From Acidobacteria bacterium 13_1_40CM_65_14 (GTDB taxonomy: Bacteria; Acidobacteriota; Vicinamibacteria; Vicinamibacterales; CAVVIG01), in NCBI GenBank assembly GCA_001917905.1, contig MNEX01000136.1, forward strand, positions 10,711-74,710: a DNA stretch of 64,000 nucleotides, in the 5' to 3' direction. The position numbers and the translations under genes were made by a program. The notes below the pieces were generated by a model. That model saw only the letters and a program-made list of their open reading frames with translations, did no database searches and had not been told where the DNA came from. Shown one piece after another: positions 36,181 through 46,506 of the stretch. Each line of letters begins with the position of its first letter. The first letter of the stretch is position 1.

Positions 36181-36333
36181 TGGCGTGTCTTCCGAATTAC
36201 GAGCGGGCCGCTCCGCTCGCACCCCACCGCGCAGGCGTGCGCGGTGGGGACCCCGCGCTCGCACCCCACCGCGCAGGCGTGCGCGGTGGGGACCCCGCGT
36301 TGTCGCGGCCCGAAAACCGCGATTGAAGGCTTG
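36181..36333 (+). repeat. Composite REP array (conserved ends + 2 x 42-bp hairpin units)
   Basis: tggcgtgtcttccgaat..cgggccgctccgctcgcac + (caccccaccgcgcaggcgtgcgcggtggggaccccgcgctcg)x2 + ttgtcgcggcccgaaaaccgcgattgaaggct. Second copy at 47258-47457, inverted. Confidence 0.9.
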
Positions 36334-36368
36334 TTGTGAATAGTACTTAATCAGCTCGTATGGACGAC

Positions 36369-37550
36369 TCAGAGTGACTTCAGGAAGGCCAGCAGCGTAT
36401 TGCGCTGTTCAGAGGAAAGCGACAGGAAGCGGCTCCGCGCCGACAAAGCCTCGCCACCATGACGGACGATGGCATCCTCAATCGTCGCGGCCGTGCCGTC
36501 GTGCAGGAGCGGGCGGCGCAACCGGAGACCCCACAGCGCCGGCGTCCTGAACTCCTGCGGTCCGGCGGCCTCCTGCCGAATACCGTCGCCGGTCTCAACG
36601 TCGTGCAGGAGCAGATCCGAGAAGAGCGGTACTGTCTTTCGGTGGAAGACAGGGTTCGAGCTCGGACCCGTCTGCAGCGAGGGAACGTGGCACGCGGCGC
36701 AGCCAACGGCGCCGAACACCGTCTCGCCCGCGCGTACGGACTCGTCAATCACGCCGCGCCCGACGGGCGCCAGAAACTTCATGAACGATTCGAAATTGTC
36801 GATGCCGCGGCGCCGAGTTCGAGGGTCAGGGCGATCTTCGGGATCGGGGATCCGGTCGCACAGCTTCATCTGCTCTTTCGAAATCCCGAACGCGAGCTCC
36901 TCGGGGAAGAGATCGTTCGTAATGCCCATTTCATTCCGGTAGGCATCGGCGCCGAACGCGAGCAACGTCGCGTGTTGGGCCTTCCAGCCGAACCTGCCGA
37001 CGCGGCGGTGGCCGGTCGCGATATCGACGATGATGGCAGCGCGTCCGCTCACGCCGTCGCGATCGCGGTCGTCTGCATCGTCGAGCGCGATCAGGACTTC
37101 GTCGGGAATCGCTTCCACCAGACCGGCCCCAAACAACGGGATCGGCACGCGCCGGGAGATGACGTTCGCCTCGGGCGGAATAGTCGGCTGGCACGTGTGG
37201 GTGGGAATCGAGAAGATCTGAAACAGCGAACCTGAGGTGGGCGCCAACTCCACGAACTCGCCTCGTTCGTCGCGACGCGCGGCCCTGACCTCGGCGACCA
37301 CGCCGGCGCCGCCGATGGCCGGCACGCTGTGGCAGACGGCGCAGCTCGAACCGTTGAAGGCCGGACCGAGCCCATCCTCGGCGGTTTCAACTTCTGTGAA
37401 GTCCTTGAGTCCGAGCCTGAATTCCTCGAATTCCGACCCGTTGATGCCCGGCAAGGGATCTCCCGGCAGTGGCCGGCCGTTCTGGCCTGCCACGTCGATC
37501 CACAGCAACGCGACGTACGCGCAGGTTGTCAACGCAATCAGGCGCTTCAC
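36369..37550 (-). CDS. Di-haem c-type oxidoreductase (DUF1111 / putative thiol oxidoreductase-peroxidase family)
   Basis: Signal peptide. Two CxxCH motifs (CAVCHSVP, CAACHVPS). Family-typical FGWK and LLHD motifs. Confidence 0.85.
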   Translation of the reverse strand: MKRLIALTTCAYVALLWIDVAGQNGRPLPGDPLPGINGSEFEEFRLGLKDFTEVETAEDGLGPAFNGSSCAVCHSVPAIGGAGVVAEVRAARRDERGEFVELAPTSGSLFQIFSIPTHTCQPTIPPEANVISRRVPIPLFGAGLVEAIPDEVLIALDDADDRDRDGVSGRAAIIVDIATGHRRVGRFGWKAQHATLLAFGADAYRNEMGITNDLFPEELAFGISKEQMKLCDRIPDPEDRPDPRTRRRGIDNFESFMKFLAPVGRGVIDESVRAGETVFGAVGCAACHVPSLQTGPSSNPVFHRKTVPLFSDLLLHDVETGDGIRQEAAGPQEFRTPALWGLRLRRPLLHDGTAATIEDAIVRHGGEALSARSRFLSLSSEQRNTLLAFLKSL

Positions 37551-37554
37551 CGTT

Positions 37555-37926
37555 TCACTCTCCTACGGTAATCGTCCCGCGCATGAAGGTGTGTCCCGCG
37601 CCGCACATCTTCGAGCATTCGAACGTGTAACGGCCAGGCGTATCGGCGCGGAAAATCAGCGTCGCCTCACCGCGGCCGCGCTTCGGGATGATCGCGTTGA
37701 AGCCGGAGCCGACGATGCGAAACCCATGGTTCGTATCCTCGCTTCGCAACCGGAGCTCGACGATCGTCCCGCGCTTCACTTTGATGTGCGACGGTGTAAA
37801 GGTGAACCGCTCGGCGGTCACTCGAATCACCGTCGGATCCTGAGAAAAGCTGGAAGGCGACACCAACACCACGAGCAGCGCCGCACAGGCGAGCGAGCCG
37901 CCGCGCAACCATGTTGTCCTGGTCAT
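37555..37926 (-). CDS. Secreted cupredoxin-fold protein with CuA-like ligand pattern
   Basis: MTRTTWLRGGSLACAALLVV signal ... TNHGFRI ... YTFECSKMCGAGHTFM (C-x3-C-x3-H-x2-M). ATGA overlap with the upstream porin gene. Confidence 0.75.
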   Translation of the reverse strand: MTRTTWLRGGSLACAALLVVLVSPSSFSQDPTVIRVTAERFTFTPSHIKVKRGTIVELRLRSEDTNHGFRIVGSGFNAIIPKRGRGEATLIFRADTPGRYTFECSKMCGAGHTFMRGTITVGE

Positions 37927-39272
37927 CAGAACCACCAGCCGAGACCGATGTTGAGACTGTCGACGCTCCGAAACAGGGAGCTGCGATTCCGGATGATCGA
38001 GTAGTCGATCTTGAAGACGACGTCGGGATCGGGAAAGTACGAGCCGCCAAACACCCAGGCGGCCCGATCGAACTGCTTCAACGGGAGCACGCCTTCCGGC
38101 ATTTTGAATTGTGTGTCGAAGTTCTCGTAGCGCACGAACGCTGCAACGTCGTGCCGGATCCACGGCAACGGCCGAATCGAGGGCTCGACGTAAAACCCAC
38201 GCATCTGCCGCGCGATGTTCGGACTCACGCCGGCCGTCCGCTGCAAAAAATCGTTCAAGTCGGCCGCGCCATCGATGAAGACCTGCGCGAACTCGCCGCG
38301 CGCCGCAAAACGTCCGGCGCGGTAGCGACCGTCGAATTCGAACAGGCCGACGCGCGAATCGACGCGGCGAAAGTTGAAGCCGGTCTTGCCCCGCCAGAAG
38401 CTCGTTCCGAGGTTCAATCCCGGGACACCGACGTACTCCAGCCGCCCCGTGTGCGCGACGTTGCGGACGTTCGAGGCGAAGCCTTTCTGTGTCGCCTCGT
38501 GCAGCCCCTCCTCGGCGGTAATGCGTGTGGCGTCGAGTGGCGCCATGAGGTACGCGCGGTACTGCCAGCCGGCTCCGACCGTCCCATGAACGCCCACGCC
38601 GGCATCGAACCATGTCGTCGGGATGATGAACGTGTCGACGAACGGCCGCTCGACGCCGTGGAACGACGGCGGTTCGTGCCGCTCGTTGATGATCCCAACG
38701 GGCGCCAGCACCATTCCCGCGCGAAAATTGAGCTCCGGTTTCACCTTGAAGTCCAAGTACGCCTGCTCGAGCTCCACCTCGCCTGACGCCTCGAGACCGC
38801 TCACGAAGGCGTGCTCCAGTTCGAGCTCGCCGACGAAGCGAAGCCTGTCGCTGAAGCTGTGGTTGAACAGGAGCACGAACCGGTGGAAATCGAGCTGGGC
38901 GTCCTCGTGCTCAGGTTTGTTGAGATGAAAATCCATGTACCCAGAAATCGGCCCGGTGCGCGAGACCGTCGAGCTCTCTTCGACCGACGTGGGTGGCCCC
39001 AGCGACGGCGGCATCTGTTGGGCAGGGGCCGGCTCGCGCGGTGCCGGCGGCGGCGCGAGCGGCTTGGTCGCCGCAGCTTCCAATTCGCGGAGCCGCGTTT
39101 CGAGCTCTCGGACACGGCGCTCGAGCTCCTCGATTCGCGTCTGGCCCGGGGAGGCGACAGGACTCTGCGTCGCGGGAGGATCAGGGGTCTGCCCCGACAC
39201 CGGGCCGCCGACCAGCAGCACGATTGAGATTGCGACCAACACCGCAATGCGTCGCCTCATAGCGTTCATCAC
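37926..39272 (-). CDS. Outer-membrane porin-like beta-barrel with N-terminal coiled coil
   Basis: Signal peptide. RIEELERRVRELETRLRELE. Alternating beta-strand pattern. C-terminal ...NIGLGWWF. Confidence 0.7.
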   Translation of the reverse strand: MMNAMRRRIAVLVAISIVLLVGGPVSGQTPDPPATQSPVASPGQTRIEELERRVRELETRLRELEAAATKPLAPPPAPREPAPAQQMPPSLGPPTSVEESSTVSRTGPISGYMDFHLNKPEHEDAQLDFHRFVLLFNHSFSDRLRFVGELELEHAFVSGLEASGEVELEQAYLDFKVKPELNFRAGMVLAPVGIINERHEPPSFHGVERPFVDTFIIPTTWFDAGVGVHGTVGAGWQYRAYLMAPLDATRITAEEGLHEATQKGFASNVRNVAHTGRLEYVGVPGLNLGTSFWRGKTGFNFRRVDSRVGLFEFDGRYRAGRFAARGEFAQVFIDGAADLNDFLQRTAGVSPNIARQMRGFYVEPSIRPLPWIRHDVAAFVRYENFDTQFKMPEGVLPLKQFDRAAWVFGGSYFPDPDVVFKIDYSIIRNRSSLFRSVDSLNIGLGWWF

Positions 39273-39553
39273 TCGTCAAAAGCGTATTTTTGACTACACG
39301 AAAACTACGCGAAAACGCATTCTATATCAGGACGGGGGCTCTTGGAGGCGGGCTTTGCGGCTGAGCGGTTAACGCGCGACGAGTTGGACGTGATCGCGAA
39401 AATCAGGCGTGCGCGCGTTCGAGGACGTCGCTTATTACTTTCCAACGCGCATTCGTGATCCGCGACCGGGCGGCGTCGTCTGCTCGCAGCCCTAAGGGCT
39501 GCGCCACATCACGATCGAGGCAGATGAGCGCGGCGCTATAAGATCGACGCTCA

Positions 39554-40414
39554 ATGATTCGGGCGCTGGCGGCTGCATCGCTGTGCGTGATCCTCGCCGC
39601 GGTTTCGGCGCACGCGCAGGAGACCATCGAGCCGGATCGGCCTGACGTCACCAACGGCACGCACATCGTCGACATCGGTCTTCTCCAGATCGAGATGGGT
39701 GTTCTGTTCACGCGCGCCACACCCGGTCAGCGCGCGTTCGGATCGCCGTTCACGGCACGCGTCGGTCTCACCGATTGGCTCGAAGTGCGGTTCGGCACCG
39801 ATGGTCTGCTGACCCAGACCGACGGCTTCACGCACGTCACCGGCATCGGCAACATGCAGGTCGGCGGTAAGCTGCGCCTGTGGGCTGATCCAGGAGGCGC
39901 GCCGGTGGTGTCCATTCTGCCGACGGTCAACGTGCCAACGGCGAGCGCCGAAAAGGGCCTCGGTTCGGGCTCGGCGGACTACACGCTGGCGATGCTGACC
40001 GGCGCGGACATCGGCCGGCATGGACACGTCGACGTCAATTATGGGATCGGGAGCATCGGCGTCGGCGACGGCAAATCGCACTTCCTCCAACACGTCGTGT
40101 CGGTCTCGGCGAGCGCGGCAGCTTCGGATAACTGGAATCCGTACGTCGAATCGTTTTGGTTTTCGCGTGAGGAGTCGGACGGCGGGGCGGTGACGGCGAT
40201 TGACGCCGGCGCGATCTACCAGATCGGCGCGCGCTACGCGCTCGACGGCGGAGTGCAAGTTGGCGTCAGTGACAACGCGCCCGCCATCGCCGCATTCGGC
40301 GGCGTGTCGGTCATCGTCGGCGAGATTCTTGGCAGCCACGGCGCTCGCGGGCGTCAGAGGCAGATTCAACGACGAGCGGCGCGCAGAGCGCCGCGTTCTT
40401 CGACGAGCAAGTAG
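39554..40414 (+). CDS. Outer-membrane protein, MetA-pathway (phenol degradation)-like transporter family
   Basis: MIRALAAASLCVILAAVSAHAQE signal. IEPDRPDVTNGTHIV... is typical of this family. The basic C-terminal tail overlapping czcA is doubtful. Confidence 0.6.
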   Translation: MIRALAAASLCVILAAVSAHAQETIEPDRPDVTNGTHIVDIGLLQIEMGVLFTRATPGQRAFGSPFTARVGLTDWLEVRFGTDGLLTQTDGFTHVTGIGNMQVGGKLRLWADPGGAPVVSILPTVNVPTASAEKGLGSGSADYTLAMLTGADIGRHGHVDVNYGIGSIGVGDGKSHFLQHVVSVSASAAASDNWNPYVESFWFSREESDGGAVTAIDAGAIYQIGARYALDGGVQVGVSDNAPAIAAFGGVSVIVGEILGSHGARGRQRQIQRRAARRAPRSSTSK

Positions 40415-43400
40415 AGCGTCGGCAGCACCAGCAGCGTCAACAGGGTCGCCGATACGAGTCCACCGATCACGACGACCGCCAGCGGCTTCTGCACTTCCGA
40501 TCCGATGCTGTGCGACAGCGCCATCGGCATCAACCCGAGCATGGCGAGCAGCGCCGTCATCAGCACCGTCCGGAGACGAACCGTGGCGCCCGTCGTCACG
40601 GCGTCGCGCGGCGACAGGCCCTGCGCACGCAGGTCCGCGAAATAGCTGACCATCACGACGCCGTTCAGGACCGCCTGGCCGAAGAGCGCGATGAACCCGA
40701 TGGCCGCCGACACGCTCACGTGGATGCCGGTGAGATAGAGCGCGACGATGCCGCCGATCGAGGCGAGCGGAATGTTGACGAGGATGATCGACGCGTTCTT
40801 CACAGAGCCGAACGCATCGAACAGCAGGATGAAGATCAGGAACACGCTGACCGGCACGATGACGGCGAGCCGCGTCATCGCGCGCTGCTGGTTCTCGAAC
40901 TCGCCGCCGAACGTCGCGTAGTAGCCGGGCGGAAAGGTGATGCCGCGGGCAACCTTGTCGCGCATCTCCGCGACGATCCCCCCCATGTCGCGGCCCCGGA
41001 TGAAGACCCCGATGGCGGAGACGCGCAACCCCGCCTCGCGGCTGATGTTCATGCTGCCGCCGCGCACCGAGATGTCGGCGACATCGGCGAGCGGCACGCG
41101 TGCGCCCGAGGGCGTGTCGACGAGCACGTCCCGAATCGCCGCCATGTTCTTCCGATCTTCTTCGCGCAGCCGGACCGCGACGCCGTAGCGCCGGTCGCTT
41201 TCCCAGATTTCGGTCGCGACTTTTCCGCCGATCGCCGTTTCGATGACGTCCTCGACATCCGCGACGTTGAGGCCGTAGCGGGCCGCGCGGCCGCGATCGA
41301 CCTGAATCTGGAGCTGCGGCACTTCGCCGGCGCGGTCGATGAACGCCCGCGACACGCCGCGCACGCCCGACACGGCGTGGAGCACGTCGTTCGCCTTCTG
41401 CCGGAGCGTCGCCGCGTCGTCGCCGAAGACCTTGATGACGATCTGACCGTCGATCTGCGAGATGCTCTCGAGCACGTTGTCGCGGATCGGCTGCGAGATC
41501 GCGGGCTCGAGGCCCGGAATCTCGTTGATCGCGTCTTCCATTTGCGCCGCGAGCTCCTCACGGGTGATGTTGCGCGTCCACTCCCCCGGCGCCTTCAGGT
41601 CGACGAAGAACTCGCACATGTTGATCGGCTTGGGATCGGTTCCATCTTCCGGCCGTCCCGCCTGGGAGATCACCTGCGTGACTTCTGGAAACCGCCGGAG
41701 CAGGCTCCTGACGCGGCCGACAATGCGTGACGCTTCAGAGACCGACACGCTCGACGGAAGCGTCAGGTTCACCCACAGCGTCCCTTCGTTCAGTTCGGGA
41801 AGGAACTCGGTGCCCAGGCGCGGCACGAGCGCCAGCGCCGCGACCAATCCCGCCACCGCGGCGCCGATGACGAGCGCCGGGCGCCGCAGCGAGCGATCGA
41901 GCGCTCGACGGTAGACGCGCGTGAGGAACTCGACGAGCCGATTGTGCTCGTGCTTCGCGCCATGACCGAGCAGCCAGAAACACAAGAGCGGCACGAGCGT
42001 CAGCGAGAAGATGAGCGACCCGACGAGCGCCGACGTGACCGTGTACGCCATCGGCGCGAAGATCCGTCCCTCGTGCCGCTGCAGCGTGAAGATCGGAATG
42101 TGCGCGACGATGATGATGAGCATCGAGAACAGCGTCGGCCGTCCGACCTGCACCGTCGCATCGAGGATCGCGCCACGCACCGACTCGCGATCGTCGGTGC
42201 GGCCGTGCTCGGCCAGCGTACGGAACACGTTCTCGACGACGATGACCGCGCCGTCGACGATGATCCCGAAGTCCATCGCGCCGAGCGAGAGCAGGTTCGC
42301 GGGAATGCCGCGGATGCGCAGGCCGATGAACGTCGACAGCAGCGCGAGCGGAATGACCGCCGCGACAATGCCGGCCGCGCGGCCGTTTCGCAGAAAGATG
42401 TACAGCACGAGCGTGACGAGCAGCGCGCCTTCGAGCAGATTGCGAAACACGGTCGTCAGCGTCGTCGCGATGAGGCGAGAACGGTCGTAGTACGGCACAA
42501 TCCGGACGCCTTCGGGCAGGACCGACGCGTTGAGATGCTCGACGCGCGATTTCACTTCATCGAGCACCTCCGATGGATTCTCGCCCTTGCGCATCAACAC
42601 GATGCCTTCGACGATCTCGTCCTCGTCGTTGCGGCCGACGAGACCCTGACGAGGCACCGCGCCGATCCGGACGTCGGCGATATCGCGAATCAGCAGTGGC
42701 GTACCTCCGTGTTCGGCGACGACGATCGAGCCGATGTCGTCCGCCGATCGCAGCAGTCCGACGCCGCGAATCAGGTACTGCTGCTCTCCTTGTTCGAGGT
42801 AGTTGCCGCCGGCGTTGGCATTGCCGCGGCCGAGCGCCGTGAACACCTGCTGCAGCCCGACGCCGTACGCGCGCATGCGTGCGAGATCGACGTTCACCTG
42901 GTACTGCTTGATGAAGCCGCCGCGACCGACCACGTCTGCGACGCCCGGCGCCATCTTCAGATTCCGTTCGACCACCCAGTCTTCGATGCCGCGTAGATCG
43001 GTCGGACTCGCGGTGTCGGAGACCAGGCGGTAGCGATACAACTCGCCGACCGGCGTCGACAGCGGCGCGAGCTGCGGCTGAGTGTCCGGCGGAAGGTCCG
43101 CCTGCTGGAGCCGTTCGAGCACACGCTGACGCGCGAAGTAGTCGTCGACCTGATCGTCGAACGTGACCGTCAGGTACGACAGTCCGAATTGGGTGTGCGA
43201 GAACATGCGCACCGAGTGCGGCACGCCAGCCAGCGCGATCTCGAGCGGAATGGTGACCTGCTTTTCGACTTCTTCCGCCGCGTGTCCCGGCACGAGTGTG
43301 ATCACCGTGGCCTGCACGTCGGCGACGTCGGGAAACGCTTCGACCGGCAGCGATCGAAACGCGACGATCCCGCTGGCGATGAAGAGCACCGTGATGAGCG

Positions 43401-43449
43401 CCAGGAAGAGCGGCTGATACAGCGCGAACGACACGAGTCGGCGGACCAT
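40366..43449 (-). CDS. czcA: Heavy-metal efflux RND permease (CzcA/CusA family)
   Basis: MVRRLVSFALYQPLFLALITVLF..VEAFPDVADVQATVIT ... 1027 aa, 12-TM RND pattern. Confidence 0.93.
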   Translation of the reverse strand: MVRRLVSFALYQPLFLALITVLFIASGIVAFRSLPVEAFPDVADVQATVITLVPGHAAEEVEKQVTIPLEIALAGVPHSVRMFSHTQFGLSYLTVTFDDQVDDYFARQRVLERLQQADLPPDTQPQLAPLSTPVGELYRYRLVSDTASPTDLRGIEDWVVERNLKMAPGVADVVGRGGFIKQYQVNVDLARMRAYGVGLQQVFTALGRGNANAGGNYLEQGEQQYLIRGVGLLRSADDIGSIVVAEHGGTPLLIRDIADVRIGAVPRQGLVGRNDEDEIVEGIVLMRKGENPSEVLDEVKSRVEHLNASVLPEGVRIVPYYDRSRLIATTLTTVFRNLLEGALLVTLVLYIFLRNGRAAGIVAAVIPLALLSTFIGLRIRGIPANLLSLGAMDFGIIVDGAVIVVENVFRTLAEHGRTDDRESVRGAILDATVQVGRPTLFSMLIIIVAHIPIFTLQRHEGRIFAPMAYTVTSALVGSLIFSLTLVPLLCFWLLGHGAKHEHNRLVEFLTRVYRRALDRSLRRPALVIGAAVAGLVAALALVPRLGTEFLPELNEGTLWVNLTLPSSVSVSEASRIVGRVRSLLRRFPEVTQVISQAGRPEDGTDPKPINMCEFFVDLKAPGEWTRNITREELAAQMEDAINEIPGLEPAISQPIRDNVLESISQIDGQIVIKVFGDDAATLRQKANDVLHAVSGVRGVSRAFIDRAGEVPQLQIQVDRGRAARYGLNVADVEDVIETAIGGKVATEIWESDRRYGVAVRLREEDRKNMAAIRDVLVDTPSGARVPLADVADISVRGGSMNISREAGLRVSAIGVFIRGRDMGGIVAEMRDKVARGITFPPGYYATFGGEFENQQRAMTRLAVIVPVSVFLIFILLFDAFGSVKNASIILVNIPLASIGGIVALYLTGIHVSVSAAIGFIALFGQAVLNGVVMVSYFADLRAQGLSPRDAVTTGATVRLRTVLMTALLAMLGLMPMALSHSIGSEVQKPLAVVVIGGLVSATLLTLLVLPTLYLLVEERGALRAARR

Positions 43450-44618
43450 CAGCTCGACCGTTGTTGTTCTTCCTGCCGGAGCAGGAGCACGCCGTCCACG
43501 ACCACGCGGTCTCCAGCGCGGAGACCCGACAGCACGCCGCGCTCTGTCCCTCCACCGCTCACCACCTCGATCGGCCGTCGCGCGAATCGTCCCGGGCTGA
43601 CCTCGACGTACACGTACGAGCGGCCCGTCTCCATGAAGATCGCGGCGGTCGGAACCGTCAGCGCGCGCTCGTGCGCGTCGACGTGGAGGTCGATGGCCGC
43701 GAACATCTCGGGCTTGAGCCGTCCCCGGGGATTGTCCACGCTGACGCGGACCTTTGCCGTACGCGTCGCCGGATCGATCGCAGGGCTGATGTAATTGACG
43801 CGGCCCTGAAACCGATCGCCCGGATACGCGGCCGTCGTAATCGACGCCGTCTGCCCGACGGTCACCAGACGGAGATCGCGCTCGAACACATCGCCCACGA
43901 CCCACACCGTGTCGAGATTTCCGACGGTCAGGATCGGTGTGCTGTCGCTCTGCACGAACTGCCCTTCGGTGACCTTCCGCTCGATCACGACGCCGGCGAT
44001 CGGCGACACGATTGGCACGCGGCCCCTGACGGCATCGACGGGGGGGAGGTCGTCGTGTCCGGCCAGTCCGAGCATGCGCAGCGCCTCCTCGGTGCGCGCC
44101 ACCCGCGCGCGCGCCTTCGCGAGATCGTTTTGCGCCTGCTGCAGAGCCATCCTCGATGCGGCTTCATGTTCGAACAGATCCTGCGTCATCGCGGCGTTCT
44201 TCTCAGCGAGCTCGAGGTCCTTGCGGCCCTCGATGTGCTCGCCGACGACCGCGGCCGCTTCCCGGCTGCCGATCGCACACAGCATCTGCCCTTTGCGAGT
44301 GGTGTCGCCGACTTTGACGCGCAGGTCGACGACGCGACCGGCCAGCGGCGCCAGCACGTGCGCGACGCGGTCTTCGTCGAACTGGACCTTGCCCGCGATG
44401 GCCAGCGCGCTGGCCGTGTCGCGCTCGGCGATCGTGTCGACCCTGATCGAGGCGCGCATCTTCGGGTCGAGGGCAATCGTCCCGTCGCCCTCGGTCGGCG
44501 CGGCCACGACCCCTGTGTCGGGCGCGGCGCGTCCCGTCTCGGGATGCCCGCTGCACGAAACAGCGACGAGCGTGGCGGCGAGAACCGCCGCGCGTGCGTG
44601 CGTGTCAATCGTGCTCAC
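43449..44618 (-). CDS. RND efflux periplasmic adaptor (CzcB/CusB-like)
   Basis: GTG start gives VSTIDTHARAAVLAATLVAVSC (lipobox). ...VSPIAGVVIERKV.EGQFV... GTGA overlap with the upstream gene. Confidence 0.85.
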   Translation of the reverse strand: MSTIDTHARAAVLAATLVAVSCSGHPETGRAAPDTGVVAAPTEGDGTIALDPKMRASIRVDTIAERDTASALAIAGKVQFDEDRVAHVLAPLAGRVVDLRVKVGDTTRKGQMLCAIGSREAAAVVGEHIEGRKDLELAEKNAAMTQDLFEHEAASRMALQQAQNDLAKARARVARTEEALRMLGLAGHDDLPPVDAVRGRVPIVSPIAGVVIERKVTEGQFVQSDSTPILTVGNLDTVWVVGDVFERDLRLVTVGQTASITTAAYPGDRFQGRVNYISPAIDPATRTAKVRVSVDNPRGRLKPEMFAAIDLHVDAHERALTVPTAAIFMETGRSYVYVEVSPGRFARRPIEVVSGGGTERGVLSGLRAGDRVVVDGVLLLRQEEQQRSS

Positions 44619-45874
44619 GGCGCCACCTCCGTGCCGATCGCGGCGTTCAACCTCGCCGCCGCGCGACGCAGGCTCGCCTGCGCGTCGACGTAGCTCTGCG
44701 TCGTCTCGTTGAACGCCCGCTGCGCGTCGAGAAACTCGAGCAGCGTCGCGCCGCCGGCTCTGTACGTGTACGCCGAGATGTCGCGGGCGTGCGCCGCAGG
44801 TTTCAGCAGGTCGCGCTCGATGGCCGCGACCAGATCGCGGGTCGTCGTGTACTCGTGAAGCGCGCCGCGGACGTCGGCGGCGATCTGCGCCTTGCGCGCG
44901 GCGATCTGGCGCTCCACCTGCTCGCGCTCGGCGCCGGCGCGCGCGATTTCGCCCTGATTGCGATTCGAGATCGGCAGCGGCGCGCTGACGAAGAACCCGA
45001 GAGAGTTCGAACGGCCGGAGGTCCCCTGCTGGCGCCGGTACTCGGCGCCGACGGCGTAGTCCACGCGGCCGAGCGCTTCCTGTAGACGCAAGTCGGCAAC
45101 CGATCGCGCCTGCGCGAGCTGCAACGCACGCAGGTCGGCCCGCGCGCTCATCGCCATCGATTCGAGCGCGGCGCCATCGGGCACGGCCGTTCCGCCGGCC
45201 GACGCCAGCGAGTCGGCGATCGCGATCGGATCGCCCGGCGGACGTCCGAGCAGCACGCGCAGTTTTGCCGTCGCCGCCGCGAGCTCGAGCTCGGCGCGCA
45301 CGACGGTCGCACGGAACTGCAGCATCGCAACCTCCGAGCGCGTCGCCTCGAAGGATGCAATCGATCCGGCCGTGACACGCGCCCTGTTGACGCGGACGAG
45401 ATCGTCGTAGGTTCGGAGCGTGTCGGCCGCTAGCGCACGCGTCGCTTCGGCTGCCAGGACATCGACGCACGCCAGCGTGACCTCCTGGCGCAACGTTCTC
45501 ACGGCATCCGCGAATTGCGCCTCCGCCGCGGACCGCACAACTGACGCAAGCGCGATCCGCGCGTCGCGCTTGCCGCCGCGCTCGAACGGCACGTCGATCC
45601 GCCAGGCGATTTCCGGCGGACCGCCGTTGTTGGTGTCGTCGAAGCCGGTGCCGAGCAGGTCCAGATGGTCGGCGCTGAAACTGACGACGGGATTCGGGCG
45701 CAGCCGTGCGCCGACCATTTGCGCTTCGGCGACCGTCAACTGGCTGCGCTCGGCGTACAGCGCGAGATTGTGCTGCAGCGCTTCGTCGATCGCCTGCGCG
45801 ATCGTGAGCGGCTGCGCGGCCGCGGGCGCCGCCAGTGCCGACAGCACGACGGCGAACGAGAACACTCGTGGCAT
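44615..45874 (-). CDS. Outer-membrane efflux protein (TolC/CzcC family)
   Basis: MPRVFSFAVVLSALAAPAAAQPLTIAQAIDEALQHNLAL ... Two OEP repeats. Confidence 0.85.
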   Translation of the reverse strand: MPRVFSFAVVLSALAAPAAAQPLTIAQAIDEALQHNLALYAERSQLTVAEAQMVGARLRPNPVVSFSADHLDLLGTGFDDTNNGGPPEIAWRIDVPFERGGKRDARIALASVVRSAAEAQFADAVRTLRQEVTLACVDVLAAEATRALAADTLRTYDDLVRVNRARVTAGSIASFEATRSEVAMLQFRATVVRAELELAAATAKLRVLLGRPPGDPIAIADSLASAGGTAVPDGAALESMAMSARADLRALQLAQARSVADLRLQEALGRVDYAVGAEYRRQQGTSGRSNSLGFFVSAPLPISNRNQGEIARAGAEREQVERQIAARKAQIAADVRGALHEYTTTRDLVAAIERDLLKPAAHARDISAYTYRAGGATLLEFLDAQRAFNETTQSYVDAQASLRRAAARLNAAIGTEVAP

Positions 45875-45895
45875 CGATCCACCTTGTCCGAAGTT

Positions 45896-45931
45896 GGGAC
45901 TTAGAACTTGGAAGTCAGAACTTAGAACGAG
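45896..45931. repeat. Tandem heptamer tract (AGAACTT-type), single arm
   Basis: gggacttagaacttggaagtcagaacttagaacgag. Confidence 0.6.
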
Positions 45932-46461
45932 ACGGCGGGCGGAGCACGAGGGGCGCAACCAGCGTGCGCGAAGGGCGCGCACAACGGAATGTCAGTGGAG
46001 GCGGCAGGTTGAGAGATCGAAACCGGCGGGGCGTGAGTAGATTCATCCGGCAGCTGCAGCGACCGTAAGCCGTTCTGAACGGTTTCATGGTCGCGCGGCT
46101 CGGAGCCGTTCCACGTGTCGGCTGGCGGGTCGCCGTCGAGCGCCGGATGCGGCTTCGGCGCTTGTGACGTGAGCCGGCCATGTCCATCGTTGACCCAGAC
46201 GAGGAACCCGCGATCCGTCGAGGCAAGGACGTCGAGGTCGCCGTCGCGATCGATGTCGGCCGCCACGACGCGCTGCAGCACGACGTGATAGCGAATGGCG
46301 ACGGCTCGCGCGAACGCTGTGACGTCGATCGGCCGATCGACGCGGACGATCGAACCGCTGGGCACCGTCGCCGCGCGTGCCGGCACCGCGACGGACGCGA
46401 CGCAGCCGATCGCGATCGCGAGCGCCGCCCTCAGCGGTCGATGTCGTTCAGAAACACGCAC
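45922..46461 (-). CDS. Secreted protein with one FG-GAP/VCBS-like repeat
   Basis: Signal-like N-terminus. AADIDRDGDLDVLASTDRGFLVWVNDGHG. Confidence 0.5.
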   Translation of the reverse strand: MRVSERHRPLRAALAIAIGCVASVAVPARAATVPSGSIVRVDRPIDVTAFARAVAIRYHVVLQRVVAADIDRDGDLDVLASTDRGFLVWVNDGHGRLTSQAPKPHPALDGDPPADTWNGSEPRDHETVQNGLRSLQLPDESTHAPPVSISQPAASTDIPLCAPFAHAGCAPRAPPAVSF

Positions 46462-46506
46462 GTTCGGGATGATACCGCACTTGGGTCGTTTCGATTTTCC
46501 TTATGC

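Noticed and set aside
37927-38613. N-terminal extension of ORF 37555..38613
   Set aside because: The real product is the 123-aa cupredoxin starting at 37926. The extension is an alternative frame of the porin gene.
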